Part shown: in pieces, positions 24,322-32,000 of the stretch
Layout of the letters: every line of letters begins with the position of its first letter
How positions within the stretch are numbered: the first letter of the stretch is position 1
Source of the DNA: Candidatus Nanohalobium constans
GTDB lineage: Archaea > Nanohalarchaeota > Nanosalinia > Nanosalinales > Nanosalinaceae
Length of the DNA: 32,000 bases
Direction: 5' to 3'
NCBI RefSeq assembly: GCF_009617975.1
Contig: NZ_CP040089.1
Coordinates: 330,001-362,000 of the forward strand
The notes under the pieces: model-generated
What the model saw: the letters and a program-made list of their open reading frames with translations, nothing else
Told to the model about the DNA's origin: nothing
The model's database searches: none
Position numbers and translations under genes: made by a program

Positions 24322-26016
24322 ATGCGTAAACTACTGATTTCAGCACTCATTTTAGCAACAGTAACATCGGCTTCAGCTGAGATAGACTTCAGATCAGACC
24401 AGCCGATAGACTTCTACAACCACATTGATTTGAACGACAACGAGATAAGACAGTTTTTTAACCAATCCTGCGGAGAAGACCAAGCAGTAAAAGACGTATA
24501 TAATAACGGATCATTCGAATGTGCGCCAGCAGGAGGATTAGACACTGCAGTAGAAGTTAACAATACTTTGATTAAGAATATTGACGCCAACGGCTACCAG
24601 ATAACTAATCTAGCCGATCCTGCATCCGTAACAGGAGACTCAGCTGCCAGGTGGAAAGACGTAGTCAGTATCGAAGGAGACACATTAAAAGGAAACCTCA
24701 ACCTGAACGGATACAACATTTCAGATGTAGATACACTTAAATTTCAGTCAGGATTCAGTATAAACGGCTCTCTGAATACTTCAGGAGGAAATGTAAACCT
24801 TGATAACGGTAGTATAAGCGATGTCTACGCAATTGACGGCGGAGGCGACGAAATCGACGTACTAGATCCAGTAGACCTGAACGGCAACCAACTGAGAAAC
24901 TCAGAAGGAAGACTTGAAATAGACGGTGCAGTATACCTGCCATCAGGGAACCTAGACATGGCAGGCAACAACCTCATAAACCCGGGAAACGTAGACGGAG
25001 TAGACCTAGACAATCCTGCAGAATCCCTGACGATAAAAAACAACAGATACCAAATAATAGCAAGCTCAATAGGTAACAACAAGCTAAATAACTCTCAAAG
25101 AATAACTGTAGATGGCTTAACAAGCACAGCAAATATCAACGCCACAGGAAACATATTGAAAGAAGTAAACAGCGTAGAAGGCTCAGGAAACCTTACACTC
25201 AGGTCAGAAGCATCAAACGGAGTGGTATTAGAGAAAGAAGATGGAACCCAAATACTGACGGCAGGAACAGCAAATGAAGAAGTGGCAATTCCCAACGGCG
25301 ATCTCGACATCGAAAACAACGGTTTAACGATAAGAGGAGGGGATGGAACAGATTACACACTCGGTCAGTTTGGCAACGGAATTGAAATATCCCGACAAGG
25401 TTCTGGAAACTCCGAACTAAATATAGAGCCAGGAGTCACAGAACTAGGATCCTCAAAGATTGAAATTGTAAGGGGAAACCTCGATCTTCAGGGCAACTCG
25501 ATTGTTGATTCCACCTCAAGCAATTCAATACCAATAGGAGATGGAACAGATGACTCAGTAACAATAAATGCCGGGGGCACAGGGCAGTACACAGTAAACA
25601 CAGGGGATAACTCAGGAAGCACAAAAAAGAGGCTTCAGATAACAGCAGACTCCAGCAAATCAGATATAGATATCCAGAATGCAAACCTAGATCTAAACAG
25701 CAATAAAATCAAAAACTACTATGGGTCAGCCTGTCCATCAGGAGAAACAGTAGTAAACATCAACAATGACGGCACATTTGACTGTGTCAGCATCGCAAAC
25801 GACGTATCGGATGTATACGTCAACAGGTCAGGAGACTCCCTGAAAGGAAATCTAGACATGCGCGGCAACGAACTACAAGATGTAGGGAAAGCAGGAATCA
25901 ACACAGCTAATCCACAAGAAGACCTAGATGTCGACGGAACAGCATCAGTACAAAACGCAGGAACAGAAATGAAAGTAGACTCAAACGGAAACGTAGTGGT
26001 GAGCCTAGGACAATGA
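24322..26016 (+). CDS. secreted fibre/beta-helix-like repeat protein (564 aa)
   Basis: Sec-type signal MRKLLISALILATVTSASA. Many GNL(D/N)(L/M)xGNxIxN repeats. Two Cys-bracketed modules and YVNRSGDSLKGNLDMRGNELQDVG. Confidence 0.75.
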   Translation: MRKLLISALILATVTSASAEIDFRSDQPIDFYNHIDLNDNEIRQFFNQSCGEDQAVKDVYNNGSFECAPAGGLDTAVEVNNTLIKNIDANGYQITNLADPASVTGDSAARWKDVVSIEGDTLKGNLNLNGYNISDVDTLKFQSGFSINGSLNTSGGNVNLDNGSISDVYAIDGGGDEIDVLDPVDLNGNQLRNSEGRLEIDGAVYLPSGNLDMAGNNLINPGNVDGVDLDNPAESLTIKNNRYQIIASSIGNNKLNNSQRITVDGLTSTANINATGNILKEVNSVEGSGNLTLRSEASNGVVLEKEDGTQILTAGTANEEVAIPNGDLDIENNGLTIRGGDGTDYTLGQFGNGIEISRQGSGNSELNIEPGVTELGSSKIEIVRGNLDLQGNSIVDSTSSNSIPIGDGTDDSVTINAGGTGQYTVNTGDNSGSTKKRLQITADSSKSDIDIQNANLDLNSNKIKNYYGSACPSGETVVNINNDGTFDCVSIANDVSDVYVNRSGDSLKGNLDMRGNELQDVGKAGINTANPQEDLDVDGTASVQNAGTEMKVDSNGNVVVSLGQ

Positions 26017-29000
26017 AAAACAAGAAAACAATTCTAACCTTAGCTTTAATCGCACTAACAGCAACAGTAACTGCCAGCGATTACATAATAGAAGACAGCA
26101 ACGGCGACAACCTCTTCGTAGTCAACGAAACAGGAGAAAAACAAATCCAGAACGGCAACCTATACCTCAACGGAAACAAGATAACTGATCAAGAAGGCAC
26201 ACTCACCTTAGACGGGGGGAACGTAGAAATACCTAACGGAAACCTAGATATCTCAAACAACGTCAAAGCTAACAGCTTCAATCTGAAGTCATCAAATTAT
26301 GCTATACGATATGATAGTGGAACCGACTCAATACAGTTCAGAGATACTCAAAACGGAGATAACGAACTATGGATAAGAAGAAACGGAGATGTCCAAATTC
26401 CCAACGGCAACCTAAACATGAACGAAAACCGGATAAATAACGTTGGAAGACTGGACCTAGGCTGGGCTAACCTAACAGACTATCCAAACGGCTGCGGTCC
26501 CGAAGAAGCAGTAAGAGTAATCGGCGACACACTAGACTGCGTCTCACTAGATCCAAGCGGATCAGTAGGCGGAGGCGGAGAAAAAGGAGAAATCGCCTTC
26601 TACATAGACGGAGAAAACATCACAGGCAGCAACAACCTATACTGGAACAACTCACAAACAAGACTAGGACTAGCAACAAGTAATCCCTCAGCAACCCTAG
26701 ATGTAAACGGAGACGCCCAAGTAAACGGTCAATTAAACCTAAAATCCAACGAAATAACCGGAATAACAAACCTAGAAGGAACAAACATCGTAAACAACAA
26801 CCAGATATCCTCAGGAGCAATATCAAAAAACAAGCTCTCAACCAATTCAGTGGGTATAAACGAACTTGACTCAACCACAGCAGGAGACGGACTATCTGGA
26901 GGAAGCGGATCAGCCCTATCAGTAAACACCGGAACAGGAATCACAACCAACTCCGACAAAGTACAAATAGACACAACCCTAGTACCACGTAAAAACACTG
27001 ACGAAACAATAACAGCAAACCAATGGACATACCAAAACGATGTACAGATAAGAGGAAACCTCGACGTCTGGGGAAATGTACAGAACACAGACGTATCCAA
27101 CCTAAACATCAACGGATCACTCCTACCACCATCAGGATACACCGACACATTCAACGTAGGAAGCTCCAGCCGAAGATGGAAAACAGGATACTTCCAAGAC
27201 ATAACCCTAGGAAACAACGCAATAGACAACTCAGAAATCACAAACACAGACATAACAATCAACGCAAACTCAGGTCTATCAGGAGGAGGAACAACCAACC
27301 TAGGAGGAAGCACAGGACTAAGCCACGCAGACACATCAAATATAGGAAACATCGACAACTCCGGAGGAACCATCATCCAAGACCTCAACTTTGACGGCTA
27401 CGGACACGTCACAGGACAAAACAGCTACAACCTAGACAACCGATACTACACAGAAACAGAATCCGACAGTAACTTTGTGGATGAGAGCGGAGATACAATG
27501 ACTGGACCTCTGAACATATCTGATAATGAAATTGAAGATGCTAGAGGTATAAGCTTCAGTAACAATGGTGATTCTGGCTATATTAGAGAATATAGTGGAG
27601 GAGCTTTAGCTATAAATAGTCAGGGTAATGCTCTTCGCCTACAAGATGATAATTCTCAATTGGTAAGTATAGAAAGTAGTCTAAATATGAATTCTAATCT
27701 AATCAATAATTTCTTCGGCAGTAACTGTGCCTCTGATGAAGTAGTTGAAAGTGTTAACTCGGATGGTACCTACAACTGTAAATCAATCACTGGAACAGCC
27801 GATGACACATACGTAAATGAAGGTGGAGACACCATGACGGGAGCCCTTGATATGAGCGGCAATAATGTACAGAATGTAGGAACGATAAACGCCTCAACAA
27901 TCCAAGAAAACGGAAACGACATCGGCGGTCTATTCGTTGATGAATCAGGAGACTCAATGAGCGGAAGCCTCAACATGCAAGGACATCATGTAGACAATCT
28001 GAACTATCTTGACTTGAATTCTGAAGGACAAATTCAGACAGATGGAACAGACGCAATCAGATTCGATGGCAGTCAGAACATTGAGATTCCAAACGGAAAC
28101 CTAAATATCCGTAACGGAGGCATGATTAGTTTCACTAACGATGATTATATTGGACATGAGGGGAACGATATTAGGATGGAAACAGGTAGGAATATGAGGC
28201 TGGTTATAGACGGTGAAGGTGGTGGCGAGAGTTACCATGATTTAGAGGTGAGAAATTCTAATGGAGATAATTTGCTGGATGTGAGCCCGAATGGAAATAT
28301 TCAGATTCCTAATGGCTATCTGGACATGAACTCTAATGATATCAGGAACCTGGAGACTCCTGATTCTGGGACTGATGCTGCTACGAAGGATTATGTTGAT
28401 GCTCAGACTGGAGATGCTGAATCCGGGGCTACGCAGACTTTAAGCCAGGTGCTGTCTGAAGGTAATGATGCTGGTAGTCAGGCTATAACGAGTATTGGTT
28501 CTGGTAATATTGATATTGATGGTAGTGGTTCTGGTAATATCCAGTTGAATAATGAGGAGGTTAGAGGTGGTAGTATTACACAGTCGAACAACTTGATTGC
28601 TGGTTCTTACAGTACTGGTGAGTCCAGTGTTGATGGCGGTGATGTCTGGGTTGAGAACGATGTAGAGGTCGGTGGAGATATTGTTGGTTCTGGAGCGGAT
28701 GTTGCCGAGAAGATCAACAATGAATCCCAGCTAGAACCTGGTACGGTGGTAACTATCTCAGGTAATAACAGTGTTGACAAGACTCAAGGAAAACATGATA
28801 GAATGGTTGCAGGAGTAGTTTCAACCGATCCAGCAATGGTGATGGCTAAGGAAAGAGACGGGGTACCGATCGCTATGACTGGAACAGTACCGGTCAAAGT
28901 CACGATGGAGAACGGAGAAATTAAACCAGGAGACATGTTAACAACATCCTCCGCTGCCGGTAAGGCTATGAAGTGTCAAGACCTGACAAAATGCACAGGC

Positions 29001-29072
29001 TCAATCATAGGAAAAGCATTAGAACCAGCAGAAAAAACCTCTAAAATCAATATGCTTATCTCGATGAGTTAA
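26013..29072 (+). CDS. secreted giant fibre protein (1019 aa) with a tail-fibre-like tip
   Basis: ATGA overlap with the upstream gene. Signal MKNKKTILTLALIALTATVTASD. Three GDxMxGxL motifs. IRNLETPDSGTDAATKDYVD. C-terminal block GVVSTDPAMVMAKERDGVPIAMTGTVPVKVTMENGEIKPGDMLTTSSAAGKAMK. Confidence 0.75.
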   Translation: MKNKKTILTLALIALTATVTASDYIIEDSNGDNLFVVNETGEKQIQNGNLYLNGNKITDQEGTLTLDGGNVEIPNGNLDISNNVKANSFNLKSSNYAIRYDSGTDSIQFRDTQNGDNELWIRRNGDVQIPNGNLNMNENRINNVGRLDLGWANLTDYPNGCGPEEAVRVIGDTLDCVSLDPSGSVGGGGEKGEIAFYIDGENITGSNNLYWNNSQTRLGLATSNPSATLDVNGDAQVNGQLNLKSNEITGITNLEGTNIVNNNQISSGAISKNKLSTNSVGINELDSTTAGDGLSGGSGSALSVNTGTGITTNSDKVQIDTTLVPRKNTDETITANQWTYQNDVQIRGNLDVWGNVQNTDVSNLNINGSLLPPSGYTDTFNVGSSSRRWKTGYFQDITLGNNAIDNSEITNTDITINANSGLSGGGTTNLGGSTGLSHADTSNIGNIDNSGGTIIQDLNFDGYGHVTGQNSYNLDNRYYTETESDSNFVDESGDTMTGPLNISDNEIEDARGISFSNNGDSGYIREYSGGALAINSQGNALRLQDDNSQLVSIESSLNMNSNLINNFFGSNCASDEVVESVNSDGTYNCKSITGTADDTYVNEGGDTMTGALDMSGNNVQNVGTINASTIQENGNDIGGLFVDESGDSMSGSLNMQGHHVDNLNYLDLNSEGQIQTDGTDAIRFDGSQNIEIPNGNLNIRNGGMISFTNDDYIGHEGNDIRMETGRNMRLVIDGEGGGESYHDLEVRNSNGDNLLDVSPNGNIQIPNGYLDMNSNDIRNLETPDSGTDAATKDYVDAQTGDAESGATQTLSQVLSEGNDAGSQAITSIGSGNIDIDGSGSGNIQLNNEEVRGGSITQSNNLIAGSYSTGESSVDGGDVWVENDVEVGGDIVGSGADVAEKINNESQLEPGTVVTISGNNSVDKTQGKHDRMVAGVVSTDPAMVMAKERDGVPIAMTGTVPVKVTMENGEIKPGDMLTTSSAAGKAMKCQDLTKCTGSIIGKALEPAEKTSKINMLISMS

Positions 29073-29075
29073 AAA

Positions 29076-30272
29076 ATGAAATACGGGGTCTTAGAGGCAG
29101 CAACCGCAGCAGCAATAATCGCCACATCAGTCTCACTGCTGTACACGCCGCCAGAACCGAGCTGGGAGACAGAAGTAGTAGCCAACGATACTTATGGGAA
29201 GTTTGTGGAAGTAGATTCTTATGGAAGCAATGTAGGAATTGCATATGTAGACTCGATTGACACAGGGTTGAGGCTGGCAGAGAAAAGCTACTCGACCTCA
29301 ATCACCGATTTCTCAGCTCAGAGAAAGGGGAACTGGGATACACAGGTAATAGATAATAGATCAGAGACAGGGATGTATCCATCACTGGAGTCAAAGAGCG
29401 GTCAACCGTCGATTTCATACCAAGATGGAGACCTAGGAAATGAAAAACTGTACTACGCAAATAGGCAGAACGGTGAATGGAACAGGACAGAAGTCGATAA
29501 TGTTGTAGGAGGTGGAACCTCCGTAGGAATGTACTCCTCACTCAACTTCCACCAAAGCAAACCTGTAATATTTTACCACTCACCTTCTCAAGGGCTGAAA
29601 ATGGCTGAGAAAAAACAGGAATGGAGCAAAGAAATACTTGAGGACGGACAGGGATGGTATACAGAGACATCGAAATGCGGGAACACGATAAAAGTAGCCT
29701 ATACAGGCAGAAACTCTGAACAGTTAAAGATAGGAGAATACGACGGAGGTTGGAGTTCAGAAAACACCTCAACCAAGATAAAATCAGACCTCGACATCGA
29801 CACAGATCAACGATGCGATGAACAACTAGCATACCTAGACACCGAAACAGAACAGATAACCTACAAAGACCAAGATTCAAGGACATTCGGTGATGCATTC
29901 TTCACAAGACTAGCTCTTACATCAAAAGGAAATACTACACATCTAGTATACCACGATGAAGGAACAGGTCTAAAATATGCAAAGAAAAAAGATGGAGAAT
30001 GGACGACCAAAACAATAAAACAAGGCTCAGAAACAGGAGAGTACAACGACATAGAAATCGACCACATAGGAAACATCCACACGGCTTACACAAGCCAAAA
30101 AAAAGTATACCACACAGTATACAACAAAGGAACCACACAAAAGATACAGTCAAAAACTGATGAAGTGAAGATTGGACTAGGATTGATATCAGCACTACTA
30201 CTCATATTCACAGCAATTAGACAGGAAGTAATAGCTAAAATAATCCAGAAAATAGGTGAGATCCAGAGATGA
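29076..30272 (+). CDS. membrane protein with about seven propeller-like repeats, hydrophobic helices at both ends
   Basis: Starts 4 nt after the fibre gene. N-terminal AATAAAIIATSVSLLY and C-terminal IGLGLISALLLIFTAI. Seven repeats of about 45-50 aa, of the type TGMYPSLESKSGQPSISYQDGDLGNEKLYYANRQNGEWNRTEVD. Confidence 0.7.
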   Translation: MKYGVLEAATAAAIIATSVSLLYTPPEPSWETEVVANDTYGKFVEVDSYGSNVGIAYVDSIDTGLRLAEKSYSTSITDFSAQRKGNWDTQVIDNRSETGMYPSLESKSGQPSISYQDGDLGNEKLYYANRQNGEWNRTEVDNVVGGGTSVGMYSSLNFHQSKPVIFYHSPSQGLKMAEKKQEWSKEILEDGQGWYTETSKCGNTIKVAYTGRNSEQLKIGEYDGGWSSENTSTKIKSDLDIDTDQRCDEQLAYLDTETEQITYKDQDSRTFGDAFFTRLALTSKGNTTHLVYHDEGTGLKYAKKKDGEWTTKTIKQGSETGEYNDIEIDHIGNIHTAYTSQKKVYHTVYNKGTTQKIQSKTDEVKIGLGLISALLLIFTAIRQEVIAKIIQKIGEIQR

Positions 30273-30297
30273 AAGATAAGGTGGTCGGGTAGAATAC

Positions 30298-30303
30298 TTT
30301 TTT
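30298..30303 (+). terminator. T6 tract after the fibre/propeller operon
   Basis: ACTTTTTTG lies 26 nt after the stop at 30272 and is followed by a 226-nt gap. Confidence 0.35.
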
Positions 30304-30498
30304 GATCAGAATTGTTCAAACGAGCAGTGTTATCTGGGAATAAGGATCAGATATTTGAGCAAGTATTAATTTTATCATTGACTCAGGAATTAATAGTCCT
30401 TATCAGCAAATAAAAAATAGTGAAGTTATCATCTTTGTTTGTTTCAGTCAAATGAGATATCATGGGATTTTTTATCCTAAATCTTCAAATTTAAGTCT

Positions 30499-31065
30499 GT
30501 GGTAGATAGAAAGCTGAAGAGATGGGTTGAGCAGCAGTTGGATAAAGGGGAATCACGTGAAGTAATACAGAAAGCTTTAGAGAATAAGGGCTATGATCCT
30601 TCGATAGTAGATGAAGTTGAAGAAGAGGAGGTTAGTTCAAGTATCTCCATCAATTCTGAGGATAAAATCAGAAAAATATCTTTAGGTGTAGAGAAGGGTA
30701 TTGAAGGAGCATCTGAAATCCGTGTTAAACAAGTGATAATCCTTTCGACCATATTAACAGCTTTATTTCTAGGATTATACTTTCAGCCATTTGCCACAGA
30801 CAAAAAAACATCAGAAGAACCTGCAACAGTAACCTTGGGAAAAGTCTCTGCCAATCCGGCAACAGCTACAATCAACCGTACTGATGCTGTTAAATTCAGG
30901 AACAATGCGTCACATTCGTTCAAGGTAAGTTTTGACAGGAATATCTCTTCTTTCAGCATTCAACCCGGTAGTTCTGTGGTCAGGAATTTTAACAGAACCA
31001 CTTATTATGATGCCGACCCATTGGATGATGGACGTACAATTAAGGGAAGTATCTATACTCCTTGA
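30499..31065 (+). CDS. bitopic membrane protein: small N-terminal helical domain, TM helix, cupredoxin-like C-terminal domain
   Basis: The GTG start is supported by alignment with the paralogue (VDRKLKRWVEQQLDKGESREVIQKALENKGYDPSIVDEV against EDSNIRKWIEKELRNGENPRELKEALLEEGYKPSIVDEV). TM helix VIILSTILTALFLGLYF. TTTTTTATCC lies about 25-33 nt upstream. Confidence 0.6.
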   Translation: MVDRKLKRWVEQQLDKGESREVIQKALENKGYDPSIVDEVEEEEVSSSISINSEDKIRKISLGVEKGIEGASEIRVKQVIILSTILTALFLGLYFQPFATDKKTSEEPATVTLGKVSANPATATINRTDAVKFRNNASHSFKVSFDRNISSFSIQPGSSVVRNFNRTTYYDADPLDDGRTIKGSIYTP

Positions 31066-31109
31066 ACACAAGGAACTATTTTTTATTCGAACTTTGACAC
31101 AAAAGAATT

Positions 31110-31748
31110 ATGGAGGATTCAAACATCCGGAAATGGATCGAAAAAGAATTGAGAAACGGAGAGAATCCTCGTGAACTCAAGGAAGCACTTCTGGAAGAAG
31201 GCTACAAACCATCAATAGTAGACGAAGTAAAACAAGAAACAAACCATGAAAAAACGACAAACAATACAGAAGAAATTAAACAAAAAATACAGAAAAGCGA
31301 AACAATAACCGAAAAACTCGAAAAAGAGATAAAGAAAGAATGGAAACCAAGGCTAGCTATAATCATAGTCATAGCAACAGTAGCAACAGGAACAATTCTA
31401 GCAACACCAATAACAAACACAATAAACAACACAGATAAACCTATCCAGGAAAAAACCGGGCAGACCGACCAAACAGAAAAACAAAACAAGGCAGGAAACA
31501 CCACCACAATCAAACTCTCTAATGGTGTAGCCAAGCCATCAAGACCATCAATAACGCCAGAAGAAAACATAAAATTCCAAAACAAAGAAAACTACAAAAT
31601 GAAGATAGTATTCGAATCAGAAAAAGAAAACCTGCAGATACCCGCCCAAGACTCCAAAACAACAAACCTTAACTCACTGACATACTACACTGCAAAACCC
31701 GCAGAAACCACTGCAGAACAAATATCAGGATCCATAATAGTCCAGTAA
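31110..31748 (+). CDS. paralogue of 30499-31065 (N-terminal helical domain, TM, cupredoxin-like domain)
   Basis: Same architecture. TM helix LAIIIVIATVATGTILA. C-terminal ...IKFQNKENYKMKIVF...LTYYTAKPAETTAEQISGSIIVQ. ATTTTTTATT lies about 25-33 nt upstream. Confidence 0.65.
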   Translation: MEDSNIRKWIEKELRNGENPRELKEALLEEGYKPSIVDEVKQETNHEKTTNNTEEIKQKIQKSETITEKLEKEIKKEWKPRLAIIIVIATVATGTILATPITNTINNTDKPIQEKTGQTDQTEKQNKAGNTTTIKLSNGVAKPSRPSITPEENIKFQNKENYKMKIVFESEKENLQIPAQDSKTTNLNSLTYYTAKPAETTAEQISGSIIVQ

Positions 31749-31834
31749 AAACACTCTCAACCATCAAACACCTCCAACTCAAGAAAAATAGTTTAAACCA
31801 GCAACCAAAAAACATTCAACAGGAACAGATATCC

Positions 31835-32000
31835 TTGAAACCAAAAAGTACAAAGATACTTACAACACTTTTCTCACTTCTAATACTGACAGGAATAGCC
31901 ACAGCCACCGACCTACAAAACATAGAATCAATAACACCTCTAGGATCACAAAACATTAATGTCAACGGAACACTAGACCTAAACAATAACAACCCAATCC
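31835..32000 (+). CDS. start of another secreted fibre-repeat protein (3' end outside the window)
   Basis: Hand translation from the TTG at 31835 gives (M)KPKSTKILTTLFSLLILTGIATATDLQNIESITPLGSQNINVNGTLDLNNNNPI. It has a signal peptide and the first GxLDLNxN repeat. TTTAAACC lies at 31792-31799. The start codon is uncertain. Confidence 0.45.
   Translation, partial: MKPKSTKILTTLFSLLILTGIATATDLQNIESITPLGSQNINVNGTLDLNNNNPI

Noticed and set aside
30273-30498. Possible small ORF or ncRNA in the 226-nt gap (7-bp inverted repeat ATAAGGA/TCCTTAT).
   Set aside because: Only very short frames are present (for example MRYHGIFYPKSSNLSLW). The inverted repeat is short and widely spaced, and the AT-rich sequence is adequately explained as terminator plus promoter space.

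Overview
All calls come from reading the sequence and the ORF track; I ran no searches, so domain calls rest on recognised motifs. The window is an archaeal chromosome segment. Evidence: eS17, ABCE1, FtsZ, class III (type IV pilin-like) signal peptides, and A/T-rich TATA-like boxes about 25-40 nt before start codons. The proteins are very acidic, genes are tightly packed, and ATGA/TAATG overlaps are common. This suggests a halophilic, small-genome DPANN-type archaeon, possibly Nanohaloarchaeota-like (inference only).

Housekeeping backbone: rps17e, two Nudix hydrolases, ABCE1, a Zn-ribbon/KH protein, ftsZ, gatC, an MJ0936-type phosphoesterase, ileS, a DHH/DHHA1 phosphoesterase, vapBC, cysS, a DNPH1/NDT-like protein, a histidine phosphatase and a bacterial-type riboflavin synthase.

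The main candidate for a novel system is two accessory surface loci, each headed by a paralogous pilin-like gene whose C-terminus carries tail-fibre-like GDxMxGxL and CxGxxC repeats.
- Locus 1 (minus strand, 14738->9588): pilin-like gene, a 108-aa protein with a consensus twin-arginine signal, a 160-aa orphan, and three proteins carrying five LamG domains but no export signal.
- Locus 2 (plus strand, 23458->window end): pilin-like gene, 564-aa and 1019-aa secreted fibre proteins, a doubly anchored 7-repeat propeller-like protein, two paralogous cupredoxin-like membrane proteins, and the start of another fibre gene.

Other notable points:
- ABCE1's N-terminal domain has lost all eight Fe-S cysteines.
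- ftsZ is flanked by the two longest intergenic regions seen here, both full of structured repeats: a tandem palindrome carrying an identical 15-nt G-box, and an array of GCCC-loop hairpins.
- The 1019-aa fibre gene shows an intragenic codon-usage mosaic.
- Several small genes fall below the ORF-track size cut-off.

I found no rRNA, tRNA, CRISPR array, transposase or integrase.
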